Assembly: GCA_041671645.1 (NCBI GenBank)
Contig: JBAZBD010000001.1
Span: 799,234-863,233 of the forward strand
Source: Patescibacteria group bacterium
Lineage (GTDB): Bacteria; Patescibacteriota; UBA1384; XYA2-FULL-43-10; 1-14-0-10-43-13
DNA: 64,000 nucleotides
Direction: 5' to 3'
The notes under the pieces were generated by a model. It was given only the letters and a program-made list of their open reading frames with translations, did no database searches and was not told the origin of the DNA. This document shows, one piece after another, positions 10,301 through 25,300 of the stretch (position 1 is its first letter; each line of letters starts with the position of its first letter). The position numbers and the translations under genes are program-made.

Positions 10301-13300
10301 TTAGATCCAGCGACCGTCTGACCTCCGATGCCATTCAAGGTAATCGTTGATGTGCCAGGATCTACCGTCATGCCAGTGAAATCAATATTCCCGCCGATTG
10401 ATACTGATGACGACTCAAGGTTCAATACGTTGGTGTCGTCAGTCGAACCAGTGTATCTAAAGATTCCATTTGTGAATTCATGAGTACCAGAGCCAAGATT
10501 TGCTGTTCCAACGCCATATACGGGATAGGCAAGATAAAGATTTCTTGCAGTTAGATTGTTGTCAACAGCATTTAACGTTGTCCTCTTGCCAGTAGTTATA
10601 GAATAGGCGTAGATGTCACGAGTCGTCGTCACATCAGATGACAGAGTGATCGCGACATCGTTTGTCACACCGGAATAAGCGACTGACCCTTGGCCGAAGT
10701 TTTGGCCAGCGACCGTGACGTCAGATGATGGTCGATAAACAAGGAAAGTCGAAGCAGTAAAATTTGCGCCTGTGTTGACGACGGCATCGCCGTCTGACTT
10801 GTACATCCTGAACGCATATCTGTTGTCACCGTTCAATGTACCACCCGCGTAAGTGTAGAGAACATTTGAGGTAGTGACCGATGAAATCGCGTTGGTAGTA
10901 TTGCCGTTGTGCGCCAACTTCAGATTATAGAAATCATAGGGAGCCGCAGCATAACCTTTTGATTGCAACGTTCCAGTCCCGGTCAAGTCAACAGTTGAAG
11001 TGCCAGGGGTGACAGTGATATTGCTCGTATCCCAATTCCCGCCAACATTGATCGTTCCTGATCCAAGATCAAGCTTATTGCCGATATTTGAAGCATTGCC
11101 ATGCGAAAGACTGCCGGCAATATTTGTTGTGCCGGATCCTAACTTCAAATAGCCAGGGATTGTAGCGTACTCGTTGGTAGAGGTCGAGCCAATAGTCAAA
11201 TTTTTGCACGTTAGATTGTGCGTACTCATATCGACGTAGCCGGCTGGAGTGGTCGTTCTATCTTTTGCGACTATGACATTGCTGTTGCCAAAGTTGAAAT
11301 TGCCAGTTGCCGTAAGAATCCCTGTCGGATCTTGTTGGAATGAAAAGGTTGTAGCAAAATTACTTGGCAATGTTATCGCCTTCTGTGTCATATCAGCAAT
11401 TTGTGGATATATTGCAAGGACTCCCAGTCTTGAATCAGCAGTCAAGTTGTTCACTGTCACGCTGTCGTTGCTCCTAGAGTACACGATGACAGCTTTGCCA
11501 ATACCCATTAGCGTCCCAGGGCCTACTGTGAACGCGCCAGCAGAGCCAGAACCCAAGCCCACAGAGACACCGGCGGTCATAGTAGAAGTAATCCCGGAGC
11601 CCGCCGCAACCAGGCTACCAAAAGTATTATGCATATCAGGGTTGGCAATATTCCCGCTAGACGACTGGGTCCATACGCCGGTAGAGGCGAGAACGCCGAC
11701 TTTGTTTGCAATAATTATGTCACCAGCAATATTAACCGACTTTCCACCGTCAACTAATGTTCCGGCGTTTGCAGTCAATGATTGGGCCGACACATTATCT
11801 TGGAAAGTCCACCCTGCAGTAAGCGTATGATTCGCAAGCAAAGAGATATTATTATTTAGCAAAGTCACATTCGGGTCGATAACCGCATCAACACCGTTGA
11901 AGATAAGATTTCCAAGTACTTGACCATTTGTCGTAATCGTCTTGCCGGTCGTTGTCGGATTGAAGTTGATAGTGCTAGTACCTTCGTTGAACACTGCGGT
12001 TGGATCGGCGGTCATGGTTAAGGAGCCAGCGATATTTAAGGTTTGAGCATTTGCGGTGAATGTGCCGGCGTTAAGAGTAAAGTCGCCATCATCGTTCAAA
12101 GTAGTATTTGCCGAAATTGTCCCGCTGTAGCCGGTGTTGACTGATAGTGATTTGATGTGACTCGTAAAGCTAGCATCAAGCGTCGAATCTTTGGTTGATG
12201 TAGCGTCGAAAATAACATCGCAAGTTGCGCTTGGGATAATATTTGCCGTCCAGTTATCAGCACTTGACCAATTGTCATCCGCTGCTTGGCCGTCCCAGAC
12301 GCAAGTGTTGTTGGCGGCGAACGACACAGAGATTGAATGAGTTGCAGTTACATTTGTAAATGTATATGACGATGGTAAAGTGCCACTGATTGCGCTGCCA
12401 TCGACGACAACATTTGAGATATAATAGCCGTCGCTAGGCGTGATCGTGTACTCCGGGCTAGTCCCATAATTGGCTAAATTATCTCCGAGAGGAGAGATAG
12501 CCCCGTTACTGCCAGCACTTGAGCTAATAGTGTATGTCTTCAAGGTGAATGTGGCGGTGATGGTCTTGTCAGCAGTAATATTTGTTAGTGCCGCACTACC
12601 TGTGCCAGCGGCATCGCCGCTCCAACCAGTAAAGTCAGAAGATACAGCAGGCGTAGCAGCAACTGTCAAATTAGCGCCGTAAGTCACTACTTGTGTCGAT
12701 TGATCGAGATCACCGGTACCATTGCCAGCCTTGCTGATGGTGACTGTGTAACTTCTGATTGTAAATGTGGCCGTAATTGTCTTGTTAGCTGTGATGTTGG
12801 TGAAAGATGCGTCCCCTGTGCCAGTTGCGTCGCCAGACCAACCAGCGAAGGTAGAAGAAGCCGCTGGTGTGGCCACAACCGTTAGATTGGCGCCATAATT
12901 TACTGTTTGGGTTGCCTGATCCAGATCACCCATGCCAGTACCAGTTGTGTTGATAGTAATAGTATAAGTCTTGATTGTAAATGTGGCCGTAATTGTCTTG
13001 TTAGCTGTGATGTTAGTGAAAGATGCGTCCCCTGTGCCAGTTGCGTCGCCAGACCAACCAGTAAAGGTTGAAGAGATGTCAGCTGTCGCGACAACAGTCA
13101 AATTTGCGCCATAATTGACATCTTGGGTTACTTGGTCCAGATCACCCGTGCCAGTACCGGCTTCGTTGATGGTGATAGTGTAGGTTTTGATTGTGAAGAC
13201 CGCAGTAATGGATCTGTCTGCTGAAACATCAGTCAGATAGCAGATGTTGGTAGCGACTGTATCGCAACCAGTCCAGGAAACAAAGTCCGAGGAGGCTGCA

Positions 13301-16300
13301 GCGGTCGCAGTGGTAGTAACGTCTGCGCCAGCGTCAACAATCTGGGTCACCTGGTCGAGACTGCCCGAACCGCTACCGTCAGAGCTGATTGTCACAGAGA
13401 AGTTGTCTAGCGTTGTAGTATTGTTGGTCGCGCCGAAATCAGTTGCAACATTGTCGCCATTTCTAGCTTTGATCTTATAAATATAATTGGTATTTTTGGT
13501 GAGACCAGTATTCGCAAAACCTGAATCTCCGCCCCAGTCAGCGTAGAGCTGCCAGTCCTCTGAGACCTGGGTCGTACCATCAGCGTTTTTGACATAATTC
13601 CAAGTGCTTCCAGCATCAGCTGAAACGGCAATCGCGTATCGTGTATTTGCATTTGGATTGCCATTCTTGTCAACGGTGATTCTAATGCGAGATGACGACA
13701 ATGTTGTGACCGTAGGCTGGCCAGGAACCGCAGCCAAAGTATAGACGGTATCAGAGTTTGAATCTTGGCTACCGCCGCCGTTGTAGACATTTACGTGACG
13801 AGTGTAACCAGTGTTGGCCGAGAGAGGAGTCTCGTTGTAAGAAGTCGAGCCGGCATCGAGATTTCCAGAAAGGCTAGTGTGGGCAGAGTCCTCAACTTTG
13901 TAACCAGTTTCTTCACTGGTAATATCGCTCCAAGTCCAATTGATCTGCGTTGTCGAAGCGGCTGAGCCAGCAAAATCATCAGGAGATTCGACGCCACAAT
14001 TAGAAGTCTCAAAGCTTGATGGCGCGGCGTATGGGCCGGTACCGTTTGCAGTTGAAGTAGCAGAAGCTTTCCAATAATAGGTAGTGGTGTTTGAGAGTCC
14101 AGTAATCTGCTTGCTGGTCGTCGCTGTTGTCAATGTGCCAATGTTGGTTGCCGCCGTATCAGTACCATAAGAAACCGTATAGCTGTCTGCGCCAGTAGCG
14201 GCTGTCCAGGTCGTGGTAGCTTTGGTAGTACAAATATTCGTTATGTTCAATGCTGTTGGAGCGGCTGGAGGAGTGACATCAGCAACTGAGGTCGAGGTGT
14301 AAATAGTTTCAACATTATCGCCATTCTTGGCCTTCACCTTCATCCAATATTGAGTATTGGCAGCAAGATCAACGTTGTCTTTGTCTTTCTTGAATAGATA
14401 AGTCGTTTCAGTCTGCCAGGCCATCGCATTTGGATCGTAGAAATTGCCAGCACCGGCGCCATCATTGGTCGAGTATTGAATATAATAGTTTGTCCCTGCT
14501 GGATTGGCGCTCGCATTAATAGTAGTATCCAGATGCCAAAGGTCTGCGTCAGAATAGTCCCCTGCGACAGTGGTGAAAGTCGGGACATTGGCCAGAGTAT
14601 ATTTGGGCGCCGCATATGCCGGAGCAGAATCACCGCCGGAATTGGTCGCTACTACCTTGGCACAATATTGAGTATTAACTGATTTACTGGCGATAGCCTG
14701 GCTGACTGCATCAGCCGACGTCGTAGTATCTGGTGTACCAGAATATGAAGCGGCAGAACAATCTGCGTTGCCGTCAGCAGTATAGACCTTGTAGCCAGTC
14801 TCGATCGAAGAATTGTCCGTCCAAGTCACATTAAACGTAGTCGACGAAGTCGGAGTAATAGTGACTCCCGTTGCGCTGGCCGGTGCGTCAAGAGCAAAAC
14901 TAGCAGTCACTGCGATATCACCTGCTACGTTTGAGTCAGTTCGAGCCGCGGTCATGACATCATCAGACCAGGAGACGAAGTGGTAATTGGCGGCAGGAGT
15001 AGCGGTAACTTGGGAGCCATTCGCACCGTAATTGACTGTTTGAGGCGTGGAACCAACGACTGAGCCATTGGCGCCAGCAGAGTAAGTAAGAGTGTGAGTA
15101 TCGATGGCAAAACTAGCAGTCACTGATTTATCGGTGATCACATTGGTTTCCGTTCTCGCTGCAGTTAGAACACCATCAGACCATGAAGTGAAGTGGTAAT
15201 TAGCAGCAGGGGTAGCGGTAACTTCTGACCCGTTCGCGCCATAGTCAACTGTTTGAGGAGTTATGCCAACTATAGAGCCGCCCGAACCGGCCGAGTAAGT
15301 CAAGACGAATGCGCTAGGGCCGCCATCAGTAATTGTCCAAGTGTGAGCACTAACTAGATGAGCTCGGCCGTCAGCCGCCGCTCCAAGAGTATACTTTTTA
15401 GTTGCAGCACCAAGAGTCACGTTGCTCTTCACTGCCTGTGCCGACCAGCCAATCAAAATATTACTATAATTAGCGTTAGAAAGTGCCGAGCTACTAAACA
15501 TATTTGTCATATCCGTCACATTAACCACATTCCAGCTGGCCAAGTTTTGGTTGAAGGCTGCCGCGGAGTAGAACATTTGATTCATATTAGTCACAGCGCC
15601 AGTATTCCAATTGCTGATGTTTTGGTTGAAGGCACTGTTGTTCCAGAACATTTCACGCATAGTGGTCACAGAGCCGGTATTCCAACTGCTGATGTTTTGG
15701 TTGAACGCCCAAGCAGACTCAAACATATAGGCCATATTAATCACGTTAGTTGTATTCCAACTACCGATGTTTTGATTAAATACAAAGGCGTTGTAGAACA
15801 TGGCGTACATACTGGTCACGGCACCAGTATTCCAGCTACTAATGTCTTGATTGAAAAGAGAGGAAGACTCGAACATGCAGTACATATCTGTTACGGCTGA
15901 CATATCCCAGCTATTCATCGAGGGTACAGTGTCAATACCGCTATCTCTAAAGGAATTTTTCATTGTTGTCGTACCAGTCGTATTCAAGACATCGGTGGCG
16001 GTGATTTTAAGATTCTTCGTGCCGGAAAAATAACCGTCGGAGTTACCCAGTCGGAGTGGACCGAATTGACTGATTTGAGAAAGCTTTAACTTGTCACCAG
16101 CGTTGTTAAATCTGAATCCAGTAATTGTCCCACCAATTTTGAGATCATAAATACCGCCGCTGGCGTAGGTGTGAGTGGTTTCAGCTTGGTTCCAGGTAGT
16201 GATGGTACTAGTGGAGCTGTCACCCCAGTCAACGATAAAGTTGTAGGTGCCAGTGGATTCTAGGGGCAGATGAATTTGGGTTGCCGTACTGGAACCGCTT

Positions 16301-19300
16301 GAAGTCTTGCTGGTATCCCACCTGGAGAGGAATTGGAGGGCAAAGTTGGCCGTGACGGTGATATCAACGGTGACATTGGTGTCGGTGCGGGCGGCAGTAG
16401 TATTGGCATCTGACCAGTCTACGAAATAATAGCCAGCTGCTGGGGTAGCGGTAACTTGTGAACCGTTGGCACCGTAGTCAACAGTCTGTGGCGATGTACC
16501 AACAACTGAACCATTCGATCCAGCGTTGTAGGTCAAGGTGTAGGTGTTGATAGCAAATGTAGCCGTAACTGAAATATTATCAGCAACATTGAGATCAGTT
16601 CGAGCCGCGGTCATGACATCATCAGACCAAGATACGAAATGGTAGTTAGCAGCAGGAGTAGCGGTAACTTCTGAGCCGCTTGAGCCATGGTCAACAGTCT
16701 GGGGGGTGGTACCGACAATCGAGCCATTGGCGCCAGCAGAGTAAGTAAGAGTGTGGGTGTCGATGGCAAAACTAGCAGTCACTGCGATATCACCTGCTAC
16801 GTTTGAGTCAGTACGAGCAGCAGTCATGACGTCATCAGACCAAGATACGAAATGGTAGTTCGCAGCAGGAGTAGCGGTAACTTCTGAGCCGCTAGCGCCG
16901 TGATCAATGGTCTGAGGGGTGGTACCGACAATCGAGCCATTGGCGCCAGCAGAGTAAGCCAAAGTATGAGTGTCGATTGCGAAACTAGCCGTTGTCGTAA
17001 TGTTGGCCGTGACGTTGGTATCCGTTCGGACTGGATTAGTAGAGTCATTGTCTGACCATTTGACAAAATGGTAATTGGCGGCAGGAGTGGCAACAACTTC
17101 TGAGCCGCTTGACCCATGGTCAACAGTCTGAGGAGAGCTGCCGATAACTGATCCGTTGGCGCCAGAGTTATAGGTAAGGGTGTAGACGGCCAAGGTTGAT
17201 TGGTCGGCAGTAGCAGAATAAGCAGTCGCAACACTATCGCCATTTGTAGCGGCCACGGAGAAAGTATATAGGGTGTTGGCGGTCAGACCGGTCACGGTCT
17301 TGCTCGAACCCCAGGTCGCATAAGCTTGCCAGACAGCTGAATCGCCGAGTGTGCTGTTGGCTTGAACATATTTCGTCGTAGCGCCGTAGACTACTTTGAT
17401 GGCATAAGTCGTATTGGATGGATTGGAGTTTTGGGCAATCAGGACTGGAATAGTAGTCGAAGTGACTGTACCAAAAGTTGGAGTGCCAGGTACATTAGCC
17501 AAAGTATACTTGGCAGCAGTAGAGCTAAATGCTGTTTCGGTATTGTCACCATTTCTAGCTTTGACTTTGTAGGTGTATTGAACATTTGGACTCAAGGAAA
17601 CATTGTCAAATCCAGAAGCACCACCCCAGGCGGCATAGTTTTGCCAGTCTTCAGAAGCTTGATTGGTGCCGTCTGCATGTTTGACATAATTCCAAGTACT
17701 TCCGCCATCAGCTGAGACAGCGATAGCATAAGTAGTAGAAGAGTTGTCAGTAAGTTTGATATTGATGACGCTAGCAGATGAAGCAGCTAGGGTTGGAGCG
17801 TCAGGGGCGGCGGCAAGGGTGTATTTGGGCGCAGCATATGCTGGAGCAGAATCGCCAATTGCATTGGTGGCGATCACCTTGGCACAATATTGAGTATTGA
17901 TTGATTTACTCGTAATAGCTTGGCTAATAGCGCCAGCGGCAGTCGTATAATCAGGAGTGCCAGAGTAACTGGCGGCCGAACAATCAGCATTGCCAGCGGC
18001 AGTATAGACCTTGAAGCCGGTCTCGTTGCTGGAAGCGTCAGTCCAAGTCACTGTAAATCCAGTGGTAGTCAGCGTCCCAATGGCAACTGTGTTTGGCTCC
18101 GTTGGGGCAACGTCGACTGTGGTCTGAGCAGTTCCGCTAGATAGAGCGGTCTCAACATTGTCTCCGTTCTTGGCTTTAACTTTATAGGTATATTCTGTGT
18201 TGGCGGTGAGGCCAGTATTGGTAACTCCAGAAGCGCCACCCCAGGTAGTATAATCTTGCCAGACAGCAGAAGTATCTGAAGAACCGTCCGCCTGGACATA
18301 TTTGCTCAGAGTATCATTGTAAACGGCATAATTGGTGCCGGCTGGGTTGGAATTCTGGTTAATTTTGACGGTTAGAGAGCTCGAGGAAGTGGCGTCTACT
18401 GTCGGAGCAGAAGGTACATTAGCCAAAGTATACTTGGCAGCAGTAGAGCTAAATGCTGTTTCGGTATTGTCACCATTTCTAGCTTTGACTTTGTAGGTGT
18501 ATTGAACATTTGGACTCAAGGAAACATTGTCAAATCCAGAAGCACCACCCCAGGCGGCATAGTTTTGCCAGTCTTCAGAAGCTTGATTGGTGCCGTCTGC
18601 ATGTTTGACATAATTCCAAGTACTTCCGCCATCAGCTGAGACAGCGATAGCATAAGTAGTAGAAGAGTTGTCAGTAAGTTTGATATTGATGACGCTAGCA
18701 GATGAAGCAGCTAGGGTTGGAGCGTCAGGGGCGGCGGCAAGGGTGTATTTGGAAATCGAGTCGGTAGCTGCTGTGGTCTCTCCGTCTCCGTTTCTAGCCT
18801 GAGCGGTGTAGGAATACTGAGTATTTGGCGAAAGGCCAGTATTGGTAAGGGTATTGTTGTTGGTATTCCAAGAAGCAAAACCCGTGCCAGTTCCGGCAGA
18901 TTTAGTAATGTAGAGGCCAGATGAGCCAACGGACAAGTTGGTAAATGTGCCGGTAGCAGAGACTTGGATCGAATCAGTAGCTATCGTCCCGAAGGTGATA
19001 CCGGAAGCGGCCTCGATAGAGGAGTAGGCAGAAGCAGTAGAGGAAGCCTGGCCCAAAACTCCGTTGTAAGCACGGACGTAATTTGTATATTGAGTATTGG
19101 CTGAGAGTGAACCTTGATCATACGCCGAAGCGGATGGGCTCCCAACGTCTGAATCATCGGAGCTCTTTAGAAGTCTGTAGCTAGAGGCACCTGCGACATC
19201 AGCCCAATCCCAAGATATTTGAGAAGCGGTGTTGGCGGTGTGAGTCAAGCTTGCAGGCTGTGCCGGAGCGGAAGTAGCAGTGCCAGCAGAAGAGGCAGAA

Positions 19301-22300
19301 GTTTCGGTGGTGTCACCGTTTCGAGCCAGCGCTTTGACGGAATACAACGTGTTTGAGGTAAGATTTTTCAGGTAATTGACTGTGCCAGTTTCCCAATTTA
19401 CCTTGGTCTTCCAAACCTTTGATGCGCCGCAAGTGCCATCGCCCTGTAGCCATGAGTCTGGAGTTGCGTTGCAGGAAAGAGCAAACTCAGTCCCGGCTGG
19501 ATTTGAGTTGACATTGATTACCGCGGCCATATTATTTCCGCTGGCTGCGCTCCAATCGTAAGCAGTGACAGTGGGGGCATCTGGCGTATTAGCCAAAGTA
19601 TATTTCGGTGCAGCAAAGGCTGGATCAGAATCCCCGTCTGCATTGGTAGCGATCACTTTGGCGCAATATTGAGTATTGATAGTTTTGCCCGTAATGGCCT
19701 GGCTGGTAGCATCTGCGGCAGTGGTATAGTCTGGGGTGCCAGAATACGAAGCGGCGGAACAATCAGCGTTACCAGCGGCAGTGAAGACTTTGAATCCGGT
19801 CTCGTCGCTGGAATTATCAGTCCAAGTAACGGTAAATAAAGTAGAGTCAATCGAAGTGATCGCCACAGTGCTAGCCGCATTTGGCGGAGCCGAAGCGAAC
19901 CAGTTTACATTATTACCGGCGCTCGTAACGTTTGAACCTGAGTTATCGGTATAGATCGCAGTCGCGTTTGCATTTATCGAATCTTTCACTGAAGCATAAG
20001 AGATTGCTCTTGTGCTCTGAGGATCTATAGACCATGTAGAGCCATCAGAGGAAGAATTTAGAGAGATAACTCGACCAGAAGCTCCAGAAACCGTCAGCGC
20101 ACCTGCGATTGTTTGAGTTTTACTTGCCTCAAATTTCAAGGTTTTTGTTGTTGTCGCCCCAGGCTGTATTGTCACAGCGCTAAAAGTGGTATCGCCTGAA
20201 ATATCCTGGATGGAGCTATCTCCTCCATTGAAGACGACCGTGCCAGAATTGTGGGTGAAAGTACCAGCAGTGTGAGTGAAATCATTCGCAACGCTCATAG
20301 TGGTTGACGGAGCAGCGAAGGTACCGTCAGTTTGGATAAAACTACCCACAGTAACTGCATTTGCGCCAGAAGTGAAAGTGCCAGAGGAAACCGTTAGATT
20401 GTTCGAGGCGACAAGAGCGTCAGAAAGCGTAATTGATCCTGTCCCGCCCTGGCTCAAAACAATTTTTTTGTATGCATAGCCAGTAAAGTCACCAAGAGAA
20501 TACGGCGCTAGTCCTGTGTTTATCGTTGCAGCAACAACATTGGTTGATCCATTTATTTTGGAAACTGAATTTGCGCTGGAATTAGTAACCCAGACAAAAC
20601 CGCTTGCATCCACCGCAACACCGCAAGGAGCGCTTCCAACTGTGACTGTCGCAGCTACAGCATTTGTGGCTGTATTTATCTTGGTTACAGTATTTGTACC
20701 TAAATTTGAGACCCAAACAAAGCCGTTGGCATCAGCCGCAACGCCAAATGCATTCGTCCCCGCAGAAACAGTCGCTACAACTGTGTTTGTTGTTGGATTG
20801 ATTTTCGAAACATCACTTGTGCCATAATTCGGAACCCAGACAAAACCATTCAGATCAACTGCGACACCAGCAGGCTGTGTACCGACCGTAATAGTTGCCA
20901 CAACTGTGTCAGTCGTAGCATTGATTTTTGAAACTGTATTGCTATTAAAGTTTGCAACCCAGACAAAACCACTTGAATCGGCGGCGATTCCATAAGCACG
21001 CGCACCGACGTTCACTGTTGCTGCAATTGCATTTGTTGTCGGATTTATCTTGTACGCTACATTGTTCGTACCGCTAGCTACCCAAACAAACCCATTAGAA
21101 TCTATGGCCACGCCATAGGGATCAGAACCAATCGTAATCGAAGCATCTACGCTATTAGTGGAAGCATTAATTTTTGTTAAAGTACCGTTTGATCTGTTGG
21201 TTTGCCAAATAAACCCAGAATTATCAACAGCCACGCCAAATTCGGCCGCTCCGATTGTATGTGTAGTCACTGCGTTTGAAGATGTATCAATTTTTGTCGT
21301 CGTGGTTGCGCCAGAATTTGCAATCCACGCATAAGGAGTTGAAATCGTACCGGCCTGACCAGCCACAGTAATATTGTAAAAATCGTTGCTATTGCTAGCG
21401 ACTGTAGCAGCTGCTGTACCGTTGAAGTTTACCGTTGAAGTCCCTTTGGTGAATGTGCCACCAGTATTATTCCAGCTTCCACCAATATTTATTGTGTAAT
21501 TTCCCGCACTTAGAGTTCCCTCAGCAAGATTCAACGCTCCATCATCATTCAAATCCGCGCCGAGAGTAACCGTATCCGTGTAGCCAGTATTGATAGAGAG
21601 AGATTTGATGTGAGCAGTGAAACCGCTATCGAGAGTTGACGCCTTGGTCGAGGTGGAGTCAAAGACGACATCGCAAGCAGCATCAGGTACAGTATCAAGA
21701 GTCCAGTTCTCAGCTGTACTCCAATTGTTCCCTGTACCGCCGCCATCCCAAACACAACCAGGCAAAACGTCCCAATTGGTCACATTCACACCCTTGGTCC
21801 AGTTGGTCGGGCTTATTGGATTGGCCGCGTTATTCTTCGAATTTGAGACTGAAACATAGTCGACAGTCCACTGATTATCCATGCTCGTGCTTGGAGTGAT
21901 TTCCCATTGTGCACCAGTACCGTTGCGTTGAAGTGTTAACAAATTATCAGCGATACCGGTAGCGGTCCACTGGCCAGTCACAGTCTGATTCGTGCCTGGA
22001 TTGAAGCTGATCGTCCGAGCAGTCGAAGTCGTCATTGTAAAATTGTAAAATTCAGTCGAGCCGCCAACGACTTGGGCCAAGCTCGCAGAATTGAGCTCTA
22101 CGGTACCGTAGTTGTTGCTGAAAGTACCTCCGTCCCGAATAAAATCACCACTAACTTTCATGGTGCCGTTTGGAGCTGAAAAAGTACCAGTGTCCTGAGC
22201 AAAGTGTTTTGTCTCTACGTTGTAGCCATAAGCATTGAATGTATTCGCGAGCGTAATATTCAGCGAATGCTCGACAAGTAAAGTGTCCTGAGTCACGACT

Positions 22301-25300
22301 GTACCGTTAGCAGAGTTTGCAGATAATTGGTAGAACTGGTTGCTGCCGCATTTAACATAGTATGTGTTGGCAGAGTTGATATTGTTGATCCATACCGCGC
22401 CGTCGTTATTCACAAACGTACCACCGCCAGACATGTCGAAGAGGAAGTCAGTGGCAACATCATTGGCGTCAAGTGTTAGGACCTGGGCAGGCGCGTTAAA
22501 TGTACCGCCATAGAGATAAAAATTGTAACTTTTAATTGTAACGGTGGCTGTGTTGCTGTTGAAGGTGCCCGAGATAATAGTAGTAGAATAACCGTTCAAG
22601 ACCAAGGTTGAAGAATTGGAATTAAAAGTGCCGCCGTTTAAGTATAGTCCGCCTACTGTCACAGTGCCTGTACCAGCATTGAAAACAGCACCAGACTCAA
22701 CATAGAAGCTGCCCATGTCGCTAGAAGTAAATGTGGCAGTGGCATTGATTGTACCGTAAATATATGCGCCAGAAGAACCAACACTTGCACCTGGGGTATA
22801 AACTTTTGAAGCCGGGATATGAAGAGAATAACTAGTCGAGAGTACATTGGAACCATCGACACTGAACAAGATTTTTCCATTCGCGTCAGAACAATTATCA
22901 GCAGTCGCAAGAATAGTATTGGTCATCGGGCCAGAGTCTTCATAGGTGAGAGAAACCAGGTAAGAGTAAAGCGACAAGCCCGTGATGTCGCTAGAGCCGG
23001 CCGCAACAGTCACAATATTACCAGCTGAATAATTGCCATCTTCGAAGAAAATTGTAATAACTGTTCCGGCGGTAACACCGCCGGCGACGAAATCAAAAGC
23101 GCCATTCCCATCGGTTGCCATTGTCTGTTTTGCACCACCATTAACCGAGGCAGAAACATTTTGCCCAGAGCCAACATTCCCCTGCCCAATTCCCTGATAT
23201 GCAGTACCCGAGATATGACTGCCGAGCCAGTTGGTATTATTACTACCAGATGCAGTTGAGTTGGTCGGTGCGATTGGTCGAGAATTTAGATTGTTTGAAT
23301 CAGAATAAGTAACACGATCGACTGTCCAAGGCGACATCCCACTGGTGTTCGCATTTATCTTCCATTGGCCCGAGCCTGCAGTGCCGTTGAGCTTCATGAC
23401 AATGTTATTCCCAGCCGCGCCCTGTATTGTGAGCGCTCCAGAAATAGTCTGGGTTGAGTCTGCTGCAAAAGATAATGTCTTGCCAGCAGTGGCACAAGTA
23501 AAGCTAGAAGGAGCGTTGTCGCCAGAGATCACCGATTCTTGAGCAGTATCAAATGTCACGACATAAGGCGAGAAAGTGCCGCCAGCCGTCGTAGTCAGAT
23601 TGCGTCCGATTGTAATATCGCTACCTGAGAAATAAGCGCCTGAGCTGATAGCCGCATCGCGCCCAACAACAACTGCATAAGACGGCGATAAATAGCCGTT
23701 CGTCACAGAAAAGTCATTCGATACCGTAAAGCCAGCACTATAACCTACTGTCCCATCACCAGTGTTTGCGTAAATATAATTATAGATAGGCGGAACGTTT
23801 GTAAACGTATATGGATTGTAACTGCTATTAGCAGGAATTGAGCCAATTTTGAAAGTACCATTGGCGTTATTGAAAGTACCGCCAGAGATATTCCAAGTAT
23901 AATCACTATAATATCCGTTTGAGTCAGTTGTAATAGTCAATGTGCCCGAAGTAGATGTAAATGTACCACCGCTCATCGCAAATGATGCGTTTAGCATAGT
24001 AATCGTAGCAGTGTCACCATTAAATGTAGCACCGGTGCTAACCGTAATTTGATAATTTGATAAGGTCAAATTTGAAGTGTTAGCATTGAAAGTACCGCCA
24101 GAGAAAGTAGGAGTAGCCAAGATGTGAGTACCGCTACCAGCATTGAACTCGCCGCCAGCCTGATAAAATGAGCTGGAAAGAGTGAGGTTATTGGCTTCCA
24201 TCTCAACAATGCCATCGTTATACATACCATAGGCGTTTACATTGCCGCCAGGAGTAAACATCGTATACTGAGTGACATAAAGATCATACATAGTACTGAG
24301 AGTCGAACCAGAGACCGAGAAATCAGAGAAACAGCCGCAGTCATCAGCAATCGCTAAATCTGCGTTTGTAATAGCCCCTGCGGTATAGTCACTGTAAAGA
24401 GTGGTCTTGTATCGATACATATTGAGACCAGTTTTGTCTATGGCGGATTCAGGCAAATAGACGATACTGCCGGAATTGTAGCTCGGATCATTATCAATAA
24501 AGATGGTGACTGGTTTGCCAGCAACAAGCTCGACCCCGCTAAAGGAAAAAGTACCACCGGAGCCAGTGACGCCCGACATCTTTCCGCCACCGTTTGAGGT
24601 AATGGAAATCGGGATATCAGCGCCCAAAACGCTGCCGCCGATACCATCGTAAATTGTGCCGGAAATCGTATTGCCGCCAGAATATGTAACTGTTAATTTT
24701 GGATCGAGTGCCGTACCATCATTTTCTGCAAAGTAGCCATAGAAGTAGACACTATCATAATCGGCATTTATGGTTGGCTGACTATCTGCAGCATCAGCAG
24801 TGATTCTAAGACCAAGCTTCGTAACACCAGATGTACTAATAGCTGCTAGACCGCTTGCATTCATCGCGAAATCGTTGTATCCCATATCGTTGTAACTGGC
24901 GTACGGAATCGCAGATGCAAATGCAGTTGTTCCGAAAGTGTCGTAATCCGATGCTTGAAGCGAAGTGTTGCTAGAAGGGTTCGAGGAATACAGACCCAAA
25001 CTCGAATTCCAACCCGAAGGGTCACCCATCTTGTATGCGCCATATACGGAAAAATTGGCAGCTGAGATAGTCGCGGTGTTTGGGATGCTAGAAGTATCAA
25101 AGAGAAACGCACTTCTTGAGACGTAAGCCCAAGCAGCGTTGTTGCCAGCGGCGATTGCGGCCATATCACCGCTTGTTCCGTCATCAGCAGCGCTATATCC
25201 GCCAGACCTTATGGAAGCCCAGTCCCAATTGCTCCTACTGCTGTAAGTGTACCCATCAACAGACGTGACTTCAGTATGAGTATTTGGATAATAAATAACA

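Noticed and set aside
11249-11830. 193-aa plus-strand ORF (similarly 15358..15900, 25316..25891 and many 60–140-aa ORFs) inside the giant-gene region
   Set aside because: They lie antisense to the single long minus-strand ORF, fall in repetitive low-complexity coding DNA, and have no RBS or start context. They are artefacts of the repeat composition.
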